A DNA stretch of 64,000 bases from Chlamydiia bacterium (GCA_022601435.1 JAJACQ010000034.1:28688-92687); one strand, 5' to 3'; numbered from the stretch's first letter, positions 9,138-19,138 are shown. Numbers and translations: made by a program. Notes: generated by a model not told the origin, from the letters alone.

Positions 9138-10184
9138 CTAATTTGCTGCATAGTTCATTTCATAGCGACATGGAAGTGAGTTTTTGTCATCATCTCCAAA
9201 AAGAAATGAAAACTTTGACTCGAATTTTGATTTTAGAGACTCAATAAAACTAGCTTTATGCTCATAGCTAACTACTTGTATTGAGCGATTTTTTAATTCC
9301 ATAGACTCAATAAAGTGATTAATCGCACCTTGATACTGAACATTTGCAGCATCTATATAGCCTAATCTTTGAGCTTCTTCACTCATATAGACAGTCGCTC
9401 CTAATTCTCTTAACTTGTCTTGTGTAAGACCCTTTGAAGATCTTGCATTAGAAACGATATCTAAAAACTTATCGTAAAAAGTATTAATTATTACGATGAA
9501 ATCATTATAGGATTCAGTCCCTTTAGGCATAGGAGAAAACATGGGAAAATGTTGCTTATTTTTGCCAGCAGATACCGTTGTTTGGGAGATGCCATACTCT
9601 TGCATTGCTTTGTAGAAATTAAACTTTGGAGGACTTATAACTCCGACTGAGCCAATAATGGTAATGGTATCTGCAGAAATATAATCGGAGGCACAAGCAA
9701 TATAATAACCACCAGAGGCACATAAATTGTTTGTCCAAGCATGAACGGGGATACCCATTTTCTGCTTATAGTCCATAATGCTTGTGTAGATTGAATCAGA
9801 ATCATATACGCCACCGCCTGGGGAGTTAATATGAATCATGATTCCCTTTATTCTATCTTTTTTGATGCCATAAAGGGTGGGCTGTTGAAGAATTTTAGAC
9901 ACCATTTTGGAAGATCCTAATGGGTTTGATGATTTTCCAATCACATCTTCAATATTGATTTGTAAAATAACAGCTGAGTTTTTGGCTAAATGCTCTTCAT
10001 ATCCTGTACGTGCATTTTTTACCTTCATGGGTAGCATACTCTCTGTAGCAGGGGATGATCCACCCATTGAATAGCCAAGTAAGCAAACAAAGATTAAGAA
10101 GGCTATGAAAAAGCCTAAAAAGGAAGCAAAAGATCCAAAAAACTTTCTAACTAAATGATAAAAAAATGATTCTTTGTGAGGCAT
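9138..10184 (-). CDS. sohB: S49-family signal-peptide-peptidase-like protease (SohB/SppA type)
   Basis: An N-terminal TM segment, 'IHINSPGGGV' and 'CASGGYYIACASDYI...GSVGV', which are typical of the S49 family. Confidence 0.8.
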   Translation of the reverse strand: MPHKESFFYHLVRKFFGSFASFLGFFIAFLIFVCLLGYSMGGSSPATESMLPMKVKNARTGYEEHLAKNSAVILQINIEDVIGKSSNPLGSSKMVSKILQQPTLYGIKKDRIKGIMIHINSPGGGVYDSDSIYTSIMDYKQKMGIPVHAWTNNLCASGGYYIACASDYISADTITIIGSVGVISPPKFNFYKAMQEYGISQTTVSAGKNKQHFPMFSPMPKGTESYNDFIVIINTFYDKFLDIVSNARSSKGLTQDKLRELGATVYMSEEAQRLGYIDAANVQYQGAINHFIESMELKNRSIQVVSYEHKASFIESLKSKFESKFSFLFGDDDKNSLPCRYEMNYAAN

Positions 10185-10262
10185 ATGATGCTATCCTTTT
10201 AAAAAAAAATATAAAAACACTATACCCCCTTTTTCACATGGATGCAAGGAAAATTCAAAGAG

Positions 10263-10787
10263 TTAAACTGTACTTTTTGGAAGAAAGAATGTTTTAAGTG
10301 AGAGCTCAATAAAGACAATAGCGGCAAGCAATAAGAATGCATAATAAATAACAATAGGTAATGAATAAGTTAAAATAACTGCAAAGAGCGTAATGAATTG
10401 AAGTAAGGTTGTAATTTTTGAGGCATAAGCTGGAAAATAAACAAGCTTTGATGGCCCTAATGTTGCAAGAGTCATGATAATATAGAGGATAATGCTTAGG
10501 TCTCTTGAGAGTAAAGCAAAAAGCTCAAATCCTGAAAGAGTTCCTTGGAAAGCTAAGGCTCCCATCACAAAATAGACAAAAAATTTATCCATTAAAGGAT
10601 CTAAAACCTTTCCTAAAAAAGTTTCACTTTTAAATTTTCTTGCTAAATAGCCATCAATCCAATCAGAAATCATGGCTGCGATGATGGCAAAAATTCTAAT
10701 TTTTATAGACTCGGAAAGAAATAAAAGAGCAAGCGGAGCTCTTAAAAGAGAGATGGTATTAGAGAGAGTTAGCATGTTTTTTTTCAT
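10263..10787 (-). CDS. pgsA: CDP-diacylglycerol--glycerol-3-phosphate 3-phosphatidyltransferase
   Basis: CDP-alcohol phosphatidyltransferase motif 'DWIDGYLARKFKSETFLGKVLDPLMDK'. The protein is multi-TM. Confidence 0.8.
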   Translation of the reverse strand: MKKNMLTLSNTISLLRAPLALLFLSESIKIRIFAIIAAMISDWIDGYLARKFKSETFLGKVLDPLMDKFFVYFVMGALAFQGTLSGFELFALLSRDLSIILYIIMTLATLGPSKLVYFPAYASKITTLLQFITLFAVILTYSLPIVIYYAFLLLAAIVFIELSLKTFFLPKSTV

Positions 10788-10912
10788 GTTCTTATTTCAA
10801 AAAAGTTATTGTAGTACCTTCAATTCTTTATGTGTCCTTATTTTAGAAAACGATTGAAAATACTATACCTATGCTCTTGATTCTTTTTATACCACATTTA
10901 TTATTTTGAAAA

Positions 10913-12451
10913 CTAGGCTTTCTGTGGAATAGGAGACTCAGAGGTTTCATTTCCTTGTTTAGAAGTTTGATTAAAGAGCTTCCCGAGAGATCTAACGGCA
11001 AAAACCCAGAAGAGGAAAATTATTGCTAGTATGGCTCCTACATATGAAACACTTGCCGCAACCGTTCCAAAAATCATTAATAAAGCCTCGTGAATTAAAG
11101 AAGCTCCTGATTTTCCTAAACGAGATCCAACGCCATCAATAGCAGCTTTTCCTTTAAGTTTTGACTCAGAGCTAAGCGGAATGAAAGCCATTTCTTTGGT
11201 TACATCGAAAAAAGTGAATTTTGAAGCTCTTGAAAAACAGTTTTGGAAGGAGCCTAAAAATGTTGTGATCATTAATGGAGATGTCCCTATAGATCCAGCT
11301 ATCCATAAAGCCGTATCTGAGGTTCTGCCAAGGTAGAATATGAAGAATAATACTCCAGAGATAAATAAGATAACAGGTGTTATATAAGCAGAAACCGTCC
11401 AACCAAACCTTCTTATGACTTGTCCGCAGACAAATATTGAGAGAATGGTAGATAAAATTCCTATATAGGTCATAACACTTCCCATATATGAGCCGTAATC
11501 TGCAGGGTAAGGACAAAGCATACGAACTTGATCTTTCCATACAACCTCAATGAGAGTGAGGGCTATGTTGAAGCAAAGCACAATTAAGGCTATGAAAATA
11601 AGATAATTTGATTTTGCAAGATAGGCAAAGTTTTTTCGAAGCCCCATTTTTGGCTTTTCTTTCTTTTTACTTGCTATGCACTCATCTGGAGAAGTGATCG
11701 TATTTGCAAGCCACTTATATAATACTAAAATAAAGCAACCAATTCCTAGTATTACTAAAGTGATTAACATTAAAGAAAAAGACCATCTATCCATGCTTGG
11801 ATGAAAAAAACTATGTAAATATTTACCACAAAAAAACATGCCTGCTTGACCTGCGATGATCGTAGCAATATTTGCTCCTACGCCTAATATGGCATAAAAT
11901 CTTCCTGCTTCTTTTACTGAAGTCACTTCATTTGCAAATGACCAAAATAGGACTGACATAATCATTGTGCCCCATAACTCACACATTACGTAGAAGAGGG
12001 TAAATGTCCAGTTTCTAAATACAGCAATAAGACCTTTACACCCTGCAGGAAGGATTGCCTGCATTTTATCGGCAAAGGTATTGAAGTGAAGAAGTTCTTG
12101 GTTAGGATAAAGTATAAAAGCAAAGATAGCAAAAAAGCTTAAAAAACCAACCATCATGATGGTAAAGACTTTTTCTTTAGTGTATTTATTAGCAAGCCTT
12201 GTAAAGATCATTGTGCTAACAAGGGCCATTGGAAGAATTGCCCAGAGCTTTATAAAAGGTATAGTTTCAGCGCCAGAGTGTTTTGCAGTGACTATGAGAG
12301 CGTCTTTAATTGTTTTAAGGAGACTATAGTTAAAGACAATAAATGAATAAATGAGAAGCATTGGTAAGAACTTAGAACGTTCTGATCGCATAATGGGCCA
12401 AAAGAGACGTTTTAAGGGGTGCATGCTTTTTAAGCCATCTTCTGAAGCCAT
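10913..12451 (-). CDS. ntt: nucleotide transporter, ATP/ADP translocase (TLC/NTT) family
   Basis: A ~12-TM protein of 512 aa. The N-terminal 'LKRLFWPIMRSERSKFLPMLLIYSFIVFNYSLLKTIKDALIVT' closely resembles chlamydial/rickettsial Npt/Tlc transporters. Confidence 0.9.
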   Translation of the reverse strand: MASEDGLKSMHPLKRLFWPIMRSERSKFLPMLLIYSFIVFNYSLLKTIKDALIVTAKHSGAETIPFIKLWAILPMALVSTMIFTRLANKYTKEKVFTIMMVGFLSFFAIFAFILYPNQELLHFNTFADKMQAILPAGCKGLIAVFRNWTFTLFYVMCELWGTMIMSVLFWSFANEVTSVKEAGRFYAILGVGANIATIIAGQAGMFFCGKYLHSFFHPSMDRWSFSLMLITLVILGIGCFILVLYKWLANTITSPDECIASKKKEKPKMGLRKNFAYLAKSNYLIFIALIVLCFNIALTLIEVVWKDQVRMLCPYPADYGSYMGSVMTYIGILSTILSIFVCGQVIRRFGWTVSAYITPVILFISGVLFFIFYLGRTSDTALWIAGSIGTSPLMITTFLGSFQNCFSRASKFTFFDVTKEMAFIPLSSESKLKGKAAIDGVGSRLGKSGASLIHEALLMIFGTVAASVSYVGAILAIIFLFWVFAVRSLGKLFNQTSKQGNETSESPIPQKA

Positions 12452-12682
12452 GAGGTCCTTTGTAAATTGTTATTTGAGTAAAAAAATGTTTTGCTTTTAG
12501 ATACAAAAAGACTTAAGTAAAAGTGATCATGTTGAGAAAAGAAATTTTTTGTTTTAACTTTCAAAATATTTTCTAATAGAAGAGTTTATCTTAGTACGAA
12601 GATACTACACCTCATACATGTAAATATTAACCTTGAGGGCATTTAATAAGCAAGGGATCTCTTAAGATAGTATAAAAAAAAT

Positions 12683-13885
12683 CTATTTTAAGGCATCTAA
12701 TCCTGGAAGAGTTCCTTTTTCAATAAATTCTAAAGTAGCGCCTCCTCCTGTCGATATATGCGTAAACTTCTCCCACTTAGGAACTAGGTGAGCAGCAGCT
12801 GCTGTATCTCCACCTCCCACTATGGTCATGGCATGGCTATCGGCTAGATATTCAGCCATTGAAAGAGTTCCATTTTGAAAAGCAGAAAGTTCAAAAACAC
12901 CAAAGGGGCCATTCCAAAATATTGTTTTAGCTTTTTGAAGTATTTCCTGTAATTCAGATATAGTTCGAGGGCCAATGTCGGCACCTAAAAAACCGTCATC
13001 AATGCCTTCTTTGATAGAAACAATGGCAGTTTCTGCTTGATCAGAAAGAGTTTGCGTAATGATAATATCATCTGGAAGATGAAGAGCAATTGACTTTGAT
13101 TTGCACTTCTTAATTAAATTTTTTGCTGTGTCAATATGGGGATGATCTACTAATGAGTTCCCTACTTTATAGCCGAGAGCCGAAAGAAAAGTAAAAGCCA
13201 TAGCACCTGTGATGATTAATCCATCAATACGGTCTAACAATGATTCTAAAATTCCGATTTTTGTGGATACTTTTGCCCCACCAATAATAGCATAAAAAGG
13301 TTCCTCTGCTTGATTTAGTAGATTTTCTAAAACCAAAATTTCTTTTTCTACTAAAAATCCTGCGCCTCTTATTTCATATCGTTTAGGAAGATAGGTGGTA
13401 GAAGCATGATTGCGATGAAGCGCTGCAAAAGCATCTCCAATATATATATCTGCTAGATCAAACAAAAAGTCAATAAACTCAGGGTGATTTTCTGGATCTT
13501 CTTCACCTGGATGAAAGCGAATATTTTCAAGCATTAATAACTCACCCGGCCTTAATCGATCAGCCAGTTTTTTTGTATGACCTCCAAAATCAGCTGAAGA
13601 TAAAGCAACTTGTTGATCTAACAGATCAGATAAATGCTTTGCTATGGGATTTAAAGATAATGAAGGAATGACTCTGCCACCTGGTCGCCCAAAATGAGAG
13701 ATTAAAATACAAGAAGCGCCTGATTCTAAAATATACTTAATTGTTGATAGAGAAGATCTAATCCTTGAATCATCTGTGATCTTGCCATCTCCATCCATGG
13801 GAACGTTATAATCAACGCGAACAAGAACTCGCTTGTTCTTAAGATGAAGAGTTGTCAACGTCTTAAAGCTTTTTGCAGTGTGCAT
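12683..13885 (-). CDS. pgk: phosphoglycerate kinase
   Basis: 'VRVDYNVP', 'SHFGRPGG' and 'GGGDTAAA...STGGGATLE' are PGK signatures. Confidence 0.95.
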   Translation of the reverse strand: MHTAKSFKTLTTLHLKNKRVLVRVDYNVPMDGDGKITDDSRIRSSLSTIKYILESGASCILISHFGRPGGRVIPSLSLNPIAKHLSDLLDQQVALSSADFGGHTKKLADRLRPGELLMLENIRFHPGEEDPENHPEFIDFLFDLADIYIGDAFAALHRNHASTTYLPKRYEIRGAGFLVEKEILVLENLLNQAEEPFYAIIGGAKVSTKIGILESLLDRIDGLIITGAMAFTFLSALGYKVGNSLVDHPHIDTAKNLIKKCKSKSIALHLPDDIIITQTLSDQAETAIVSIKEGIDDGFLGADIGPRTISELQEILQKAKTIFWNGPFGVFELSAFQNGTLSMAEYLADSHAMTIVGGGDTAAAAHLVPKWEKFTHISTGGGATLEFIEKGTLPGLDALK

Positions 13886-13945
13886 AGAATCAACCTTTAC
13901 GATCTAAAGTACCATAACCCCTTATTATTTTTTTAACAAGGTTAA

Positions 13946-14114
13946 TTTTGGCGAGCTTTGTCACTATCGCCTACCTCCGAGTACCACTCGTACACTATCG
14001 GTAAGCGCTAGAACAAATCTCATCCAAAAATTTTGGCGATCTTTGTCACTATCGCCTCCCTCCGAGTACCACTTGTACACTATCGGTAAGCGCTAGAACA
14101 AATCTCATCCAAAA
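13946..14114. repeat. tandem direct repeat, two 84-nt units (period 85) of an intergenic element family
   Basis: Units at 13946-14029 and 14031-14114 differ at 3 positions. Each starts TTTTGGCGA and ends TCATCCAAAA. Internal hairpins: GGCGA(12 nt)TCGCC and CGAG(TACCA)CTCG. Confidence 0.9.
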
Positions 14115-14262
14115 TACAGCCCTCTTTAACCATCTCCTAAAATGTTTTAATAACCGATTTAATGTAGAAGTCAAAAAGAACCTTCATTCATTTCCGTAAT
14201 AAAAAATGTACTTGAGGAGTTTAAATATGAAAAATCACCAAAAAGACACACAAATTTCTAGA

Positions 14263-15012
14263 TTATAGGTTTTTGAAAGGGTTATTGGCTTCGAAAAAAG
14301 GTTTTTGCTTTCTTCTTCTTTTTCTTTCTTTTTGAATAGAGAATAATAAATCCTCATCAAAGTCTTGATGTCCTGCCCAATGAAGGTAATCAATAGGAAT
14401 TTCTCTAAACATATAGCCACGATACTTTCCGAAAGGAAAAGTCTTCATTTCAACAGGTTTTGATAATCTTTTTAAGAGCTCTTCAGTCGTTTTAAACCCT
14501 AGGCAAAGTTTTTTAAAGACTTTGATGTTAACGATCACATCATTCATGGCTCTATGAGCTCCTTCTTCAGGAATATTAAAATGCTCACGTAAAACTTCTA
14601 ATGAATTTTTTGGGCTCTCGCCATATAGACGGGCTAATCTTAATGTATCTATTACAGGATTTGAGGCAATAGACTTTGGGTGATTGTGTCTTCTAAGCGC
14701 AGCTTCAATTATTGCTATATCAAAACCAACATTATGACCCATAATTGGATAATCACCAATTAAGTCGGTGGCCTCATCTAATAAAGATTCAATATATGGC
14801 TTATTTTGCACCATCTCATCAGTAATATGGTGAATAGCAATAGATTCAGGTGGTATAGGTCTTTTTGGATCGACTAAAGCATCTAAAGATCCTATCTCTT
14901 TATCGAATGTAAACTTAATTACAGCCAGCTCGATAATTTCATCATTTGCAGTGTCAAGCCCTGTTGTTTCGCAGTCAAGACATATAAGTGTGTCAGTTTT
15001 TAATTGCCCCAT
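14263..15012 (-). CDS. DnaQ-like 3'-5' exonuclease (DEDDh) with C-terminal 'FGKYRG' domain
   Basis: ExoI 'LDCETTGLD', ExoII 'GHNVGFDI' and ExoIII 'HRAMNDV'. The C-terminal 'FPFGKYRGYMFREIPIDYLHW' is a small conserved tail domain. Confidence 0.8.
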   Translation of the reverse strand: MGQLKTDTLICLDCETTGLDTANDEIIELAVIKFTFDKEIGSLDALVDPKRPIPPESIAIHHITDEMVQNKPYIESLLDEATDLIGDYPIMGHNVGFDIAIIEAALRRHNHPKSIASNPVIDTLRLARLYGESPKNSLEVLREHFNIPEEGAHRAMNDVIVNIKVFKKLCLGFKTTEELLKRLSKPVEMKTFPFGKYRGYMFREIPIDYLHWAGHQDFDEDLLFSIQKERKRRRKQKPFFEANNPFKNL

Positions 15013-15595
15013 CTAAATTTAGTTTTTCCTTTAATGTGTGAATCAGCTCTTTTTTCCCTAGTTCTTCTTTGGTGGAATGCAATATAGTCTTACAACCTTC
15101 AAGTTCTTTAGGTAGCTGTTTTAGTTTTTTTCTTTCCTTCCCTTTTAGTTTATCTGTTTTTGTAAAAACAACTAAAGGTTTTTTTCCTAGAGAAGTAATC
15201 CATGAAATTAATTCAATATCTTTTGGGAAAGGAGGGTGTCTGCTGTCTATTAATACTGTGAAGACAATTTTATCAAAATTAGTTTCTATAAAAGTGTTTA
15301 TCCATTCATCCCACTTATTTTGCTCAGTCTTACTTTTCTTAGCATATCCATAGCCGGGTATATCAACTAAGAATAGATTGTCATCGACTAAAAAATAGTT
15401 GATGAGTGCTGTTTTCCCTGGATTAGATGATGTGTGAGCAAGACCTTTTTTAGAGAATAGATGATTGATTAGTGAAGATTTACCTACATTTGATCTTCCT
15501 GCAAAAACGATAATAGGGAAATTATCTTTTGGATAATGAGATGGATCAGTTGCAGAAAGAAGAAACTTACATTGTTTAAATGAGTAAGTAGTCAT
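14993..15595 (-). CDS. engB: ribosome biogenesis GTPase EngB/YsxC
   Basis: G1 'GRSNVGKSSLIN', G3 'DIPGYG' and G4 'TKTDK'. Confidence 0.9.
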   Translation of the reverse strand: MTTYSFKQCKFLLSATDPSHYPKDNFPIIVFAGRSNVGKSSLINHLFSKKGLAHTSSNPGKTALINYFLVDDNLFLVDIPGYGYAKKSKTEQNKWDEWINTFIETNFDKIVFTVLIDSRHPPFPKDIELISWITSLGKKPLVVFTKTDKLKGKERKKLKQLPKELEGCKTILHSTKEELGKKELIHTLKEKLNLDGAIKN

Positions 15596-16005
15596 AAGAT
15601 TTCGATCCTTCTTTTACTATTTACATGAGAAAAAGAAACCCTGATTGTATCTTGAGGAAGATGAGCTTCAATAATTTCTGGCCATTCAATAAGGGTAATA
15701 AACTCTGATTCTATATATTCTTCAAATCCTAGGGCAAAAAATTGGTCCTTATTTTTTAGACGGTAGAGATCAAAATGCGCTACTTTATCTTCATAAATAT
15801 TTAAGTAAGTAAAAGTAGGGCTTGAGATGATGCTTTTAATCCCGAGGTGCTTGCATAAAAATCTAGCAAAAGTTGTCTTCCCTGCTCCTAAATCACCTTT
15901 TAATGTGATGATATCTCCAGGCCTTAATGTTTGTGCGATCTTTGATGCTACCAAATCCATTTCATTTAGATCATAAGTCATTGATTCTAGATTCTGGATG
16001 TGCAT
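15592..16005 (-). CDS. tsaE: tRNA t6A biosynthesis protein TsaE
   Basis: 'LKGDLGAGKTTFARFL', 'SPTFTY' and 'HFDLYRL' are typical of the TsaE/YjeE ATPase. Confidence 0.85.
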   Translation of the reverse strand: MHIQNLESMTYDLNEMDLVASKIAQTLRPGDIITLKGDLGAGKTTFARFLCKHLGIKSIISSPTFTYLNIYEDKVAHFDLYRLKNKDQFFALGFEEYIESEFITLIEWPEIIEAHLPQDTIRVSFSHVNSKRRIEIL

Positions 16006-16031
16006 AATAAATACTTTTGTTTGAGGGCTTT

Positions 16032-16835
16032 TTAAGCCTCTTCATCAACCTCTTCACTAGAAGCTTCGTCAGAAACATCTTGAGCAACCTCTTCAACGTC
16101 TTCTGCCTCTTCCATCCACTTAGTGATATATTTTTCAAATTCAGGCTTAGATCCAAGAACTTCTACGAAAGCAGAGACTTTAGAGTCTTCAAGATTGCTT
16201 TCTAAAAACTCAAGGAAGTCATCATGAAGCTCGAATCTGTTTTGAGTAGTCACTTGTTTCATTGGAATCTGTTTGATGTGATTTTCTAAAAGATCTTGAA
16301 TGACACCTTTCTTGCTGTTGAAAAGCTTACCAGTAACCACAGAAGAGAATACAGTTTTAGAAAGTTCTGTTTTTTGAGGCTTGATATAATTTTTAATAAC
16401 CTCAGGATCTTCTGAAATATAGAATTTTTTAACTCGTACACCATCTTTTCTTTCTGTGTTTTCAGGGCAAGTAGACACCCAATCATAAATCGCATCTTGA
16501 GGATTCGGATGGGTGTTGTCAGCAAAAACCTTTCCAGAGTATGGGCATATATAAACTTTTTTACTTTCTTCGTTCACACTTTTTTTACCAAGCTGAATTT
16601 TGATAGTAGTTTCTCTAAAGAGCTTATTTTCTTTTTCAAGAGTCTTTATCATGTGATCTTCACTTAAAAAAATCTTTTTCTCTTTCATAAAGACAACAGG
16701 GCAAAGTTTATGCTTCATCTCGAGAAAAGAGAGGTACGTTGTGATTAGATCAACATTTCGATTTTTTTTAATAAATTCGAGAAGATCTTTAAAGATTCCA
16801 TTTGATATGGCAAGTTTAGTCATGGTTAAACCCAT
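16032..16835 (-). CDS. hypothetical protein with acidic C-terminal tail
   Basis: A long ORF that is first in the co-directional operon with tsaE-engB-exonuclease. The C-terminus is 'EEAEDVEEVAQDVSDEASSEEVDEEA'. No family recognised. Confidence 0.6.
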   Translation of the reverse strand: MGLTMTKLAISNGIFKDLLEFIKKNRNVDLITTYLSFLEMKHKLCPVVFMKEKKIFLSEDHMIKTLEKENKLFRETTIKIQLGKKSVNEESKKVYICPYSGKVFADNTHPNPQDAIYDWVSTCPENTERKDGVRVKKFYISEDPEVIKNYIKPQKTELSKTVFSSVVTGKLFNSKKGVIQDLLENHIKQIPMKQVTTQNRFELHDDFLEFLESNLEDSKVSAFVEVLGSKPEFEKYITKWMEEAEDVEEVAQDVSDEASSEEVDEEA

Positions 16836-16983
16836 CTATTGTTGATTTTAGCGAGAATAATAAGACAAAAATACCTTTTTAGCAAGATATATATGGTTAT
16901 TCAAATAGCATTAATGAGCTCCTTTAGTATTTTCTTTACCTTTTCTAAGAAGATCTGATATGGTTTTCTTTTTTTGAGGAATA

Positions 16984-18090
16984 ATGAAATTTAAAATATT
17001 GAGTCTCATTCTAATTATCGTAGGTATTTACGTATATATAGTTTCACATGCGGAAACGATACTACCGAATGAACCATTTGCCGCAACTCTTCCTGTCATA
17101 GAACAGATAAAACCTGTCCAAATAAGTGGTTACAAGGCCTTTAATGCAGGGGTGCTACCTTTAGAAAATGGAGAATATCTATTTGCCTCTCGAAAACGAG
17201 CAGAATCTGCATTTGCCTCTGTATGGAAAAGATTTTTTTTAAAAGAGAATGTAAAAGGCCTAGTCATTGGCGAGCTCGATAAAAATTTTAAAGAGAAAAA
17301 AAATATTAACACAACGTATCAAGCTACCGAGAAAGTTGAAGATAGAGATATTCAATATATTGATCCAAGGCTTATGCGCATTGGCGATGAGATTTATATG
17401 GTCTATTGTCAACAAATTAATAGAGATACGCGTATTGAATCAGAAGCGTATTTACATTTTGCAAAGCTTGAAAAGCGTCAAGGTAAATGGAAGATTGTTT
17501 CAGATAAAAGAATTGAATTTGAAAACAATATGGACTTTGAAGAGTTCTATCAAAAAGGTCTTGTTCAGAAAAACTTTGAAAAAAATTGGATGCCCTTTTG
17601 TGATAATGGTGAGGTGTTTTTTGTTTACTTAATGGAACCTGATCATGTTGTTTTAAAACTTGATTTAAAGACTGCCAAAGCTAAGATCTATTCACGTGAG
17701 AAAAATCCATTTAGTAAACAATTTAATGATGCAAGGGGAAGCACCCCTGCAGTTTTTGATGAAGAGCTAGGTGAATGGATCACACTTTATCACTTTGTTT
17801 ATCCCACAGAAAGAAAAATTACAGGGCGTAAAACACATGCCTATTTTTTTGGTGGCTATACTTTCTCTAAGGATAAGCCATATAAAGTGATAAGAAAAAC
17901 AAAAGGCCCACTTGCTGGAGATACTATCTATAATAACTTTCAAAAGATTGTTTTTCCCACTTCTTTAGTCCGCGAAAATGATGATTATCTCATATTTTAT
18001 GGAGACGATGATAAAACTAATAAAGTCGCCAGAATATCTCGAAAAAAATTGCTAGAAACTATGCAGTGTGTCGGAGATCTAGATGATTAA
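16984..18090 (+). CDS. membrane-anchored GH130/DUF377-like beta-propeller protein, paralog 1
   Basis: An N-terminal signal anchor 'ILSLILIIVGIYVYIV'. Motifs 'DPRLMRIGDEIYMVY', 'EKNWMPF', 'RGSTPAVFDEELGEWITLYHFV' and 'IFYGDDDKTNKVARI' follow the order of GH130 blades. Confidence 0.45.
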   Translation: MKFKILSLILIIVGIYVYIVSHAETILPNEPFAATLPVIEQIKPVQISGYKAFNAGVLPLENGEYLFASRKRAESAFASVWKRFFLKENVKGLVIGELDKNFKEKKNINTTYQATEKVEDRDIQYIDPRLMRIGDEIYMVYCQQINRDTRIESEAYLHFAKLEKRQGKWKIVSDKRIEFENNMDFEEFYQKGLVQKNFEKNWMPFCDNGEVFFVYLMEPDHVVLKLDLKTAKAKIYSREKNPFSKQFNDARGSTPAVFDEELGEWITLYHFVYPTERKITGRKTHAYFFGGYTFSKDKPYKVIRKTKGPLAGDTIYNNFQKIVFPTSLVRENDDYLIFYGDDDKTNKVARISRKKLLETMQCVGDLDD

Positions 18091-19138
18091 AAGATCAGTA
18101 CTTATCGCTGCTCTTATTCCTATAATTTACTTTACTTTTGTTCATAGAAGTAGAGAACTTCCTTCTGCTGTGATTAATGAAGGTATTTCTGTTATTGAAA
18201 GTATCCGCGATGTAAGGCTTTCAGGTTACAAGTGCTATAATCCTGGTGTTCTTGATTTAGGTGATAGATACTTGATTGTTACGCGCGAAAAAGCGGTAAG
18301 TTTTTTTGATTATGTAAAGTTAAAACTTTTAAAAAAGAGAAACAATGTGATTAAGCTTGCAGAGCTTGATGAGAATTTTTGCGCCTTAGGTCCTTCTGTT
18401 CAGATTCTTCCGGGTAATGATGATTCAATGCATAAAGTGACTGATCCAAGGCTTTTTAAGCATAATAATCGCATCTACATGATTTTTTGTGATCATAGTC
18501 AAGGCGGTAGCATTCAAACTCTTTCAGAGCTTTCTAAAGAAGCGGGCGTTTGGAAAGTAAAGTCTGTTAAACCACTTTCATTTGATGCAGAAGAGTTTTA
18601 TAAAGCAAAAATGGTAGAAAAAGGTATAGAAAAAAATTGGATGCCATTTTCAAAAGATGGAAAGCTCTATATCGTTTATTTATTAGAGCCTGAAAAGGTG
18701 GTCCTTGAAGTAGATATAGATTCAGGAAGCTGTTTACTTTGCTCAAGAACTAAAAATCAATTAATGGATAAGTTTTCCCCTTTAAGAGGGGGAACAGCGC
18801 CTGTCTTTGATGAGGAACTAGATGAATTTATTACGATCTATCATGTGGCTTATCCAGGGCGTCATAGTTACACAAATTTAAAGAAAAAAGTCTATATTGG
18901 TGGAGCTTATTGCTTTACTAAAGAAGCGCCTTTTGAAATGACAAGAAAATCTAGCGGCCCTTTCTATCAAGAAGAGTTGTACAATAACCGTGAGAAGATT
19001 ATCTTCCCAACAGCCTTGATTAAAAAGGCAGATCACTATTTAATGTTCTATGGAGAAGATGATTGCAGAATAAAAGTTGCAAAGATCAATAAAGAAAAAC
19101 TACTTATGACTATGAAAGGAGTAGATCCGTGCAAGTAA
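18083..19138 (+). CDS. membrane-anchored GH130/DUF377-like beta-propeller protein, paralog 2
   Basis: It shares motifs with the upstream gene along its whole length ('DPRLFKHNNRIYMIF', 'EKNWMPF', 'RGGTAPVFDEELDEFITIYHVA', 'MFYGEDDCRIKVAKI'). There is an ATGA start/stop overlap with paralog 1. Confidence 0.45.
   Translation: MIKRSVLIAALIPIIYFTFVHRSRELPSAVINEGISVIESIRDVRLSGYKCYNPGVLDLGDRYLIVTREKAVSFFDYVKLKLLKKRNNVIKLAELDENFCALGPSVQILPGNDDSMHKVTDPRLFKHNNRIYMIFCDHSQGGSIQTLSELSKEAGVWKVKSVKPLSFDAEEFYKAKMVEKGIEKNWMPFSKDGKLYIVYLLEPEKVVLEVDIDSGSCLLCSRTKNQLMDKFSPLRGGTAPVFDEELDEFITIYHVAYPGRHSYTNLKKKVYIGGAYCFTKEAPFEMTRKSSGPFYQEELYNNREKIIFPTALIKKADHYLMFYGEDDCRIKVAKINKEKLLMTMKGVDPCK

Noticed and set aside
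11172-11540. Nested or antisense ORFs inside confirmed genes (for example 11172-11540 in ntt, 17267-17632 in the GH130-like gene, 19254-19568 in argS, 27725-28108 in the kinase, 61534-61899 in frr)
   Set aside because: Each overlaps a longer ORF that has clear family motifs. None has motifs or plausible start signals of its own.
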